From Nannocystales bacterium (GTDB lineage Bacteria; Myxococcota_A; Polyangia; Nannocystales; Nannocystaceae): 64,000 bases of DNA. Below the pieces are notes generated by a model. It was not told where the DNA came from, did no database searches, and was given only the letters and a program-made list of their open reading frames with translations. The position numbers were made by a program, and so were the translations under genes. Below are positions 18,288-25,289 of this stretch, piece by piece. Each line of letters opens with the position of its first letter. The first letter of the stretch is position 1. Where the stretch lies: the NCBI GenBank assembly GCA_050633305.1, contig JBOEGF010000019.1, positions 32,001 to 96,000 of the forward strand, written 5' to 3'.

Positions 18288-20273
18288 CTACTCTTCCAAG
18301 ATCACTGCGATCGCCGCGGCCATCGCATCGGTGGGGACGGGCCCAGTGCCCGGGTGCATCCAGGTCGTGGTGGGGTCGCCGTTTTCGTCGACGTATTGCA
18401 AGCCGTCGACAAGCTCCCCTTCGGAGCCTTGCAGCATGAACTCTCCGGTTCCTTGTCCGAACACGCCGCGGACCCGGCGAAGCTCGGCATCGCTTTCGTC
18501 GCGGCGGTGGCAGGTGTCGCAGGTGCGCGGCTTGGCTGTCGTGGTGTGCTGGAAGAACGGGGCGAAGCCGAGGTTGGCCGTGAAGCCATCGCGCTCGCGG
18601 AACTTGCCGCCCTGTTCGGAGCCCAGCAGGTACGCGCCATCTGCAGACCCGAAGAACTCCGCACCGACAGCGGTCATCTGAACCTGCTGAGAGGCGAGCA
18701 CGGTCTGCACACGCCCATCAGGCCCTTGTCCCAGCAGGACCTGGTCGAGCGAGTAGGAGGTTCGAGAGCCGCGGGTGAGTCCTGCAGTGCGCTCGCCGGT
18801 CTGGTAGTCGACCTGCTCGAGCCTTAGGTCGAAGCTGACGTGGCAGCCAATGCACTGTTGGTTGTACGAGGTGTGGCACGTGTCGCAGGTGAGCGAGTCG
18901 GTGTGGGACCAGCCGTTCTCGTCGGGTGCCATCGCGGCGTGCATCGCAGGCGTCCCGTCTCCGTTGTCGTCGAGGAGGTCGGCGACCTGCGACACCGGGT
19001 GTGTCGCTCCGTCCACGATCCCGGTGAGCGTGACCTGCCCGTCCTGTAGGCTCAGCTGCGGGAGGGGGCGACCGCTTCGGGTCGAGAACGTCCCGTCTGC
19101 GTTTGGGACCACGGGATCACGGACGGTTCCGTGGCAGTCCTCGCATCCGATGTCGACCTGGTACTTGGCCGAGGAGTAGATGCGTCCGTCGCCGTGCACG
19201 TCGGAGCCCACGTGGCAATCGGCGCAGTGCATACCCGCGGCGTAGTGCAGGTCTGGCGGGGTTTCGTCGACATCGTTGGTGACGTCTTCGTCGTCGAAGT
19301 AGTAGCCAGGGGTGTGGCCGTAGAGCGTGCGCTGAATCGGGGAGGCGTTGGGTGGGGTCTTGTCTTCGCCGAAGCCGCCCTCTCGGATCCCGCGGAATAG
19401 CAGCCCGATGCGCCCGCCTTGGAAGTGGCAGGTGGCGCATTGCTCGGACGGGATGGCGCGGGTGATCTCATGGCGGCGCGGGTGGACGGGCGTCCCGCGG
19501 GCGATGGTTGGATCATTGCCTTCGTACACGCCCAGCTCGCCGTACAGAACGTGGCATCCCGAGCAGCCCGCGGAGCGGTACAGCGCTGGGGAGTTGTTGC
19601 GAGGGAAGCCCGCGTGGTGGCACGTGTTGCAGTTCTTGGCCAGGTAGTGGTCGTATGCCGCGGCCTCGATGTCTCCCTGTTCGATGGCGGCGACGACATC
19701 GTCGGGGCCTGGTGGAACCAGGGTCTCGAGTTCACAGACGGTGCCCGGGATCGACGGGTCGCAGTCGGGGTCCACAGCGGGGTAGGAGCCATGCCGTGCA
19801 AGGCGATCGTCCTGGAGTCCCGCCATGAACAACGTGGGGTAGTAGTGCCCCGCGTTGGTCGTCATGATCGACGTTGGCATGGTGCGGACCTGGTCGGGGT
19901 GGCACGTTCCACAGGTGGAATCCACGACTCGGATGTCGCCGGGGTTGATGAACTGCAAGTACGCCGGGTCCAGCCGATCGAGCTGGTCGGGGGCGAAGTC
20001 GCGGATGAATCCTTCGGGCGCGACCGGCAGCCCATCACCGCGAATCTCGGCCCAGTCGCTGGGGATCGCCACATGTGCGTCTGCCTTGGAGCGCGAACTT
20101 GGGTCGCCTCCGTGGCACGTCACGCATTGGTCTCCGGGGATCGGTCCGTGGGCTTGCTCGATACCCTCGTGGCAGCTCAAACACCCCTCGCCCTCCAGGG
20201 GTGGAGGACCGTTGTCCGGGCACCCCGTCGAGACCGAGAGACAAAGACCGAGAAGGGCTAAGAGGCGTTTCAT
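18288..20273 (-). CDS. Multiheme c-type cytochrome lipoprotein (11 CxxCH)
   Basis: CLSCH, CVTCH, CGTCH, CNTCH, CSGCH, CATCH, CADCH, CEDCH, CDTCH, CIGCH, CDTCH; STGC lipobox. Confidence 0.9.
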   Translation of the reverse strand: MKRLLALLGLCLSVSTGCPDNGPPPLEGEGCLSCHEGIEQAHGPIPGDQCVTCHGGDPSSRSKADAHVAIPSDWAEIRGDGLPVAPEGFIRDFAPDQLDRLDPAYLQFINPGDIRVVDSTCGTCHPDQVRTMPTSIMTTNAGHYYPTLFMAGLQDDRLARHGSYPAVDPDCDPSIPGTVCELETLVPPGPDDVVAAIEQGDIEAAAYDHYLAKNCNTCHHAGFPRNNSPALYRSAGCSGCHVLYGELGVYEGNDPTIARGTPVHPRRHEITRAIPSEQCATCHFQGGRIGLLFRGIREGGFGEDKTPPNASPIQRTLYGHTPGYYFDDEDVTNDVDETPPDLHYAAGMHCADCHVGSDVHGDGRIYSSAKYQVDIGCEDCHGTVRDPVVPNADGTFSTRSGRPLPQLSLQDGQVTLTGIVDGATHPVSQVADLLDDNGDGTPAMHAAMAPDENGWSHTDSLTCDTCHTSYNQQCIGCHVSFDLRLEQVDYQTGERTAGLTRGSRTSYSLDQVLLGQGPDGRVQTVLASQQVQMTAVGAEFFGSADGAYLLGSEQGGKFRERDGFTANLGFAPFFQHTTTAKPRTCDTCHRRDESDAELRRVRGVFGQGTGEFMLQGSEGELVDGLQYVDENGDPTTTWMHPGTGPVPTDAMAAAIAVILEE

Positions 20274-20278
20274 CGAAC

Positions 20279-20791
20279 TCAGCCGCCAACGCGGATTGTG
20301 ACAGCTTGCTGTACGGAGGCCATCGCCATACCGCCGTCGATCACCGTGACGCTCAGAACGGCTTCACGCCCATCGAGGGCGACGAGGTCGTCGTTGGTCC
20401 CGTACCGATCGGGGTCGAAACCGACGACCGCGCCCGAGACCAGTCCGCCGCCGCCATCGGTGTCCACGCACAGCAGCGCCGCGTCGGTCAGCAGGAACGA
20501 CCCTTCCGTCACACCGTCGATTTCGACGTCCAGCTGGACGTCTGCGAGCGCGTCATCGCCTGCGGAGAGGCCCTCGGTTCGAATCACGACGGAGACTCCG
20601 AAGCCTCCCTGCGGAGCGACCGCCAAGGAGACCGCCTCGCCGTCTGCGAAGGGGGCGAAGGCGCCGCCCACACCTTGGCCAAGCATCACAGATGGGTTCC
20701 CCGAGGGCGCGCACGGGTCGGCGTCCACAGGGTCGTCGGGGCAGCCGCACAGGAGGAGCGCGAACGCTAAGCTTGTATACGCCGTCTTCAC
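20279..20791 (-). CDS. Hypothetical lipoprotein, first gene of the multiheme operon
   Basis: LLCGC lipobox; PQGGFGV motif; 5-nt gap to the cytochrome gene; GTG start estimated. Confidence 0.65.
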   Translation of the reverse strand: MKTAYTSLAFALLLCGCPDDPVDADPCAPSGNPSVMLGQGVGGAFAPFADGEAVSLAVAPQGGFGVSVVIRTEGLSAGDDALADVQLDVEIDGVTEGSFLLTDAALLCVDTDGGGGLVSGAVVGFDPDRYGTNDDLVALDGREAVLSVTVIDGGMAMASVQQAVTIRVGG

Positions 20792-20962
20792 CACGCCACC
20801 GGGAGAATACCGTGGCGTGTTGCGCCGGGGGCACTCGTGTTGTGCGGGCTCCCACACGCGCAATCCGTGCGCGTCTGTGTGCGAGGTGAACCTCGCGCCG
20901 AGGTCAGGGCGGAGGGGACCGCGGTTTGGGTCTGTCGCTGCGCGATGTCCTCGGCTCAGCGC

Positions 20963-21571
20963 TCACAGGGTCCAGCTGCCCTCCATGTGAAGAACGCCCG
21001 GGGTCCGCGAGACCACGTCGAGCTGGGCGTCATGGGCACCACTGAGTTCCAACGAGCCTCGGAGCCCGGCCGCCAACGAGCGGGCCGCGACGCCGAACCA
21101 CAGCCCAGGCGGGTGGTCGACACGAATGCGAACGGTCGTCGGGCTCGAGTCTTCGATGCTCAGCGAGCTTCCGCGGTGGAAGACAGACCAGCGCATGGGG
21201 GCGACCCGAATGAGCATCTCTGGCTTCGCCAGCGCCAACAGGATTCGGTACAGGCGGCTGGAGAGCAGCGCACGTTGCTCTTGGTAGGTGTGCTCGACGA
21301 AAGCGTCTTCGCTTTCGAAGGCGAGGTCGCAGGCGGCGAGCATCACGGCATGGGAGTGCACGACCGGGATCCAGGCGCTCACGGGTGCTGGGTTCTGGAC
21401 GAGTTCGCGGATCCTGTCCGGAACCACCGTCGGATCGCGCGCGAGGGTCGGCTGCAGCGACTCGCAGTACACCCGGTTCATCGAGGCTTTGGCCCGTGTC
21501 TCGGGGTAGCTGTCGAGTCCGTCTGGAAGCCCGGCCGTGAAGGCAGACAGCCGCGGCAGCCGAGAGTCCAT
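20963..21571 (-). CDS. Hypothetical myxobacterial protein, possibly DUF2378-like
   Basis: 202-aa ORF with plausible composition; LPDGLDSYPE..KAS, WIPVV and W..FHRGS pattern reminiscent of small myxobacterial families. Confidence 0.55.
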   Translation of the reverse strand: MDSRLPRLSAFTAGLPDGLDSYPETRAKASMNRVYCESLQPTLARDPTVVPDRIRELVQNPAPVSAWIPVVHSHAVMLAACDLAFESEDAFVEHTYQEQRALLSSRLYRILLALAKPEMLIRVAPMRWSVFHRGSSLSIEDSSPTTVRIRVDHPPGLWFGVAARSLAAGLRGSLELSGAHDAQLDVVSRTPGVLHMEGSWTL

Positions 21572-21940
21572 CCCCTTGAGGATCGCACGAAACAGTGGCC
21601 CCCGTTAACGACCGCTATGGTCCGGTCGCGTGGTCGGGCGGACCATCGTTTCGGTTGTACGCACGTCATGGTCCATTCCGAGCACCTTGAATGGGATCTG
21701 GGCCGCCGCGAGTCTCTCGCGGCCGGCTTTGTCGTCGTCAGCCGGCCGAAGCGCGTGGCCCAAGGAACGGGGGGCTGCTGAGACGTACTTGGGGGGGAAC
21801 CCCGAAACACCGACGCGTTCGTGGTTGAGGGCGCAGCTGCGCTCGGGGTTGGAGCCGGGATGGGAGGGAGCGAGTTTGCTGACCACGGAGTGGTCGGCGG
21901 AGGCTGGAAGACGCGCCCCCTGATGGGAGGCGTCCGTCGC

Positions 21941-23017
21941 TCACGGACGTTGCATCGAGGTCGGCGTGTGTGCGGCCTGTTCGCGCGGATGTTCGTCGTC
22001 CCAGATGAACACCCCGGTCGATCCATCCGAGAAACGGTGGCCGCGATACATGCCTGGGGTGTTGAACGGCGCCGCCATCGAGCCGCGAGCGTCGAGTGCG
22101 ATGACGCCTCCGGTGCCCCCGATCGGTTCCAGCTGTTCGAACACCACGGCGCGTGCGGCATCGCCGAGTGTCGCGCCCCCATATTCCATCCGTGCACAGA
22201 CGGAATGTGCGGCGGCTTCTCGAATGAAGAACTCGCCGTGGCCTGTAGCTGAGACAGCACAACTTGCATCGCGGGCGTAGGTCCCCGCGCCGATCACTGG
22301 GGAGTCCCCAATCCTCCCCCACCGCTTGTTGGTCATCCCGCCCGTCGACGTCGCCGCGGCGAGGTGGCCGTGTTGGTCGACGGCCACCGCCCCAACGGTG
22401 CCGAACTTGTCGGTTCCGCCGTGGTCGAGCTCGACGGTGCCTTTCGTCAGCGCGCGCTGCAGCTGGTCCCACCGCATCTGGGTCCGAAAGTAGTTCGGCT
22501 CGACCAACTCGAGGCCTTGGTCTGCTGCAAACGCATCCGCACCCGGACCGGAGAGCAACACGTGTGGGGACGCCTCCATGACCGCGCGGGCGGCTCGAAT
22601 CGGGTTCTTCACCCGTTGCACTCCTGCAATCGCGCCGGCCTTCCCCGAAGCGCCATCCATGATCGATGCGTCGAGTTCGTTGCGCCCGTCATGGGTGAAG
22701 ACAGCCCCCTTTCCCGCATTGAAGAGCGGAGAGTTCTCGAGGATGAGAATCGCTGACTCCACGGCATCCAGGCTCGGACCGCCGCGGTCGAGGACGGCGT
22801 ACCCCGCATCCAGCGCGCGAGTCAGCGTATTTCGGTACTCCAGCTCGTCCGCGGCCGACAACGCCCGCGGGTCGATCGTCCCCGCGCCGCCGTGAATGAC
22901 CAACCCGAATCGAGGGGGGGAATCCGCCACCGTCACGGCTGTGGGCTCCGCCGTGATGTCACGCTCGCAGCCGGGACCGAGGAGTGCGAGCGGGAGAAGG
23001 GACAGCAATCGACGCAT
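21941..23017 (-). CDS. iaaA: Isoaspartyl peptidase / L-asparaginase (Ntn hydrolase), probable lipoprotein
   Basis: IHGGAG, FNAGKGAV, ELDASIMDG, GTVGAVA (nucleophile Thr), TSTGG, GRIGDSP, SATGHGE; GPGC lipobox. Confidence 0.93.
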   Translation of the reverse strand: MRRLLSLLPLALLGPGCERDITAEPTAVTVADSPPRFGLVIHGGAGTIDPRALSAADELEYRNTLTRALDAGYAVLDRGGPSLDAVESAILILENSPLFNAGKGAVFTHDGRNELDASIMDGASGKAGAIAGVQRVKNPIRAARAVMEASPHVLLSGPGADAFAADQGLELVEPNYFRTQMRWDQLQRALTKGTVELDHGGTDKFGTVGAVAVDQHGHLAAATSTGGMTNKRWGRIGDSPVIGAGTYARDASCAVSATGHGEFFIREAAAHSVCARMEYGGATLGDAARAVVFEQLEPIGGTGGVIALDARGSMAAPFNTPGMYRGHRFSDGSTGVFIWDDEHPREQAAHTPTSMQRP

Positions 23018-23123
23018 GGCATGACCTCGACCCAGGCTCGCACGCCAGACCCGATTTTGCATCGCGGGGAGGGCTCAGCTGCCAGTGGCCCTCGCGAGCG
23101 CTGCCTTCGGCGGGGTATTGCCG

Positions 23124-23582
23124 TCAGCCTGTCGTGCTGCTGCTGCTGCTGCTCCCCGAGGACGATGTGCCATCGGTGTCCGTATCGGTGTCCGAGCCTG
23201 TATCCGTGCTCGATGCTGTCATGTCGGTCGTCGCAAACGTATCGGTCGCGGGGTTGCCGTAGGCCGGATCGACGTCTGAACCGGGGCCCGTGACTGCGGC
23301 TCCGGACTCGGTGCCAGGGGGGAGTCCGGTCGTCGACGGATCCACGGCCGTCGTGGAGCCTGGCGCCATCGTGGTGCCATCACCCGTGCTCGTGCCCCCG
23401 CTTCCCATCGTTTCGCTGGTGTCATCGCTGGCGGGGCATCCAGCCAGGCTCAGTCCCATCAACACCGCCGCTGTGGTTCGAGCAACCGTTCCTGTCGTCG
23501 TGAGGACCTCCCGACAGTGTGGGCACCGCGATTCATTCTGATTCACATGCGAGCCACAGGCCCCGCATACCACCAACTTCAT
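23124..23582 (-). CDS. Small protein: zinc-ribbon-like N-terminus, hydrophobic segment with LAGC, low-complexity tail containing PAYG
   Basis: CGAC...CPHC, AAVLMGLSLAGC, Thr/Ser/Gly/Asp-rich tail, VDPAYGNP. Confidence 0.65.
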   Translation of the reverse strand: MKLVVCGACGSHVNQNESRCPHCREVLTTTGTVARTTAAVLMGLSLAGCPASDDTSETMGSGGTSTGDGTTMAPGSTTAVDPSTTGLPPGTESGAAVTGPGSDVDPAYGNPATDTFATTDMTASSTDTGSDTDTDTDGTSSSGSSSSSSTTG

Positions 23583-24277
23583 AACCATGCCCCGAACTTG
23601 CCACACCATCGTCGGAACGCACACGCATCATTCGAGCAAATCCCCGGATTCGGTCACATCGCAGCGACCCTCGGCAGTCGATCGGGCAGGGTGTTCGAGA
23701 CGCATGCTTCCGTGGCGTGGACCTGTGGAGACTCGGGGCCGCGCATTGTTGTTGCGGGTTTCCCGTTCGGCTCCCGCCCGAGCGAAGCAAGGGTGGTGAA
23801 CACGGGACTGTTGCAGGACGGTCCCCCGCGAGCCGCCTCCCTCGATGGTCCGCTGCCGAGCGCCTACGACTGAAGCTGATGCTCCGATCGCACTCAACGA
23901 ACGCGGAGCAGTCGATGTCGGAGCTACAACCGCGCGCATGGCGTCAAGCTGCTCGTGAGAACGCGTTCTCTTCTGCGCGTGGCGGTGTTCCTGGTGGCCG
24001 ATGCCAACAAGACGATGGATGTCCGGACTATCGGAAGTCCGTGGATGTGATGCGGTCCTCTGCACTCGGGGGGGGACGGCGGGCTCTCGAATGACGAGCC
24101 CGCGATGGCCCATCTCGACCTCGCGCCGCTCGACGAGTAGGGGGCGAGGTCGACCGTTTCGAGGGCCGCTCCTCTACGGTCGCCACGCTTGACGACGGCC
24201 GTAGTATGCCCACCCGCCCCAGGCGACCGCGGTCGCCGGCTGATTGCGGATCGCACGAGAGAGCTTGTTCTGGTTTG

Positions 24278-24775
24278 TTAGATCTCGCCGCGGCGTGCGT
24301 CAATCGTGTGAAGCCAGCTCTCCAAGCGAGCGCCGGAGCGACTCAGCGACTCGTCGTCGGAGGCCAGAAGCTCCGCTGCGAGCGCGCGGATGCGAGGGAG
24401 GTGCTCTTGGAGGCTGCGGAGTTCGTCAGCACCGGTGTTGTCCTGGAGCAGGGAGCGGATTGCATCCGCTGCGACCTCAGCCACGGCGAGTTCCGCGGAG
24501 CCGAGGAGCCCCGCCAAGGCCGGAATCAGCCAAGGGAGGCTCCGCAGCACAAGCGAATGCCGCAGGGTTGCCCAGAGGACTCGGCGTCGGCCAACCCAGT
24601 CGTGGCTTTCGTAGGCGGTCTCCAACGCGCGTAGTCCTGCGTCCACCAGGATACTCAGCCCCCATGCTGCTCGGTCGTAGACTGGGATGGAGCTGTCGAA
24701 GAGTAGACCCAGTAGGACGGGCGCCTGTCTCTTCCCGTCGCGAAGCATCCAGTCCTTGCAGTTGTCGATGAGCAT
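24278..24775 (-). CDS. Hypothetical alpha-helical (HEAT-repeat-like) protein
   Basis: 165-aa Leu/Ala-rich helical ORF (RAAWGL, LIPALAGLL, VAADAIRSL); GAGG just upstream of ATG 24775. Confidence 0.5.
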   Translation of the reverse strand: MLIDNCKDWMLRDGKRQAPVLLGLLFDSSIPVYDRAAWGLSILVDAGLRALETAYESHDWVGRRRVLWATLRHSLVLRSLPWLIPALAGLLGSAELAVAEVAADAIRSLLQDNTGADELRSLQEHLPRIRALAAELLASDDESLSRSGARLESWLHTIDARRGEI

Positions 24776-24926
24776 GCCTCGCTGCCCACCGACCTCCGGG
24801 CCGTTCTTCTGACCCCTTGCGCCCGCGTCGAGTCGGGGCCGTGCGTCTGACATCAAGCTGCGATTGGCGGCGTTCGGTTCGGCTGCGACCTTGAGTCCAC
24901 GGTTCCTCCGAGGGGGTCGTCCCAAC

Positions 24927-25289
24927 ATGCTCGTCATTCGCGAGGACCAACTCGAAGCGCTTCGGGAAGCTGCTCGCCATCGCTTCGACCAGGCGATGGT
25001 GGGCGAGGTCCAGCGGCGGTGCTCCCACCACGCCCGGACATCGCCGGAGATGCTCCTCGAACTCGTCACAACCGCTCGACGACGCGCGCGCCACTACGGA
25101 CTGTGGCAGCGAGCGGACATTCGGGGGTTCATCCTCCTTGCAGGCCGGCACGGTGCCGACGTCGGCACGACGCCTGCGACGCGTTGGGCATCGGAGGTGC
25201 TCGAGGACCCCCGGCTTCAAGGTGACGAGAAGCTGCAAAGGCTCGCCGCACTCGAACCCCTTGAAGGCGAGCGAGTACCGTCCCCATGA
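24927..25289 (+). CDS. Small hypothetical protein (MLVIREDQLEAL...), translationally coupled to the PAD gene
   Basis: 120-aa ORF whose TGA overlaps the PAD ATG (ATGA at 25286-25289). Confidence 0.65.
   Translation: MLVIREDQLEALREAARHRFDQAMVGEVQRRCSHHARTSPEMLLELVTTARRRARHYGLWQRADIRGFILLAGRHGADVGTTPATRWASEVLEDPRLQGDEKLQRLAALEPLEGERVPSP

Noticed and set aside
24030..24140. Possible selenocysteine read-through at the TGA near 24048 (…SPWM*CGP…) with a downstream hairpin
   Set aside because: No good start or RBS for that frame, no recognisable selenoprotein motif, and the hairpin is about 30 nt away and unremarkable at this GC content.
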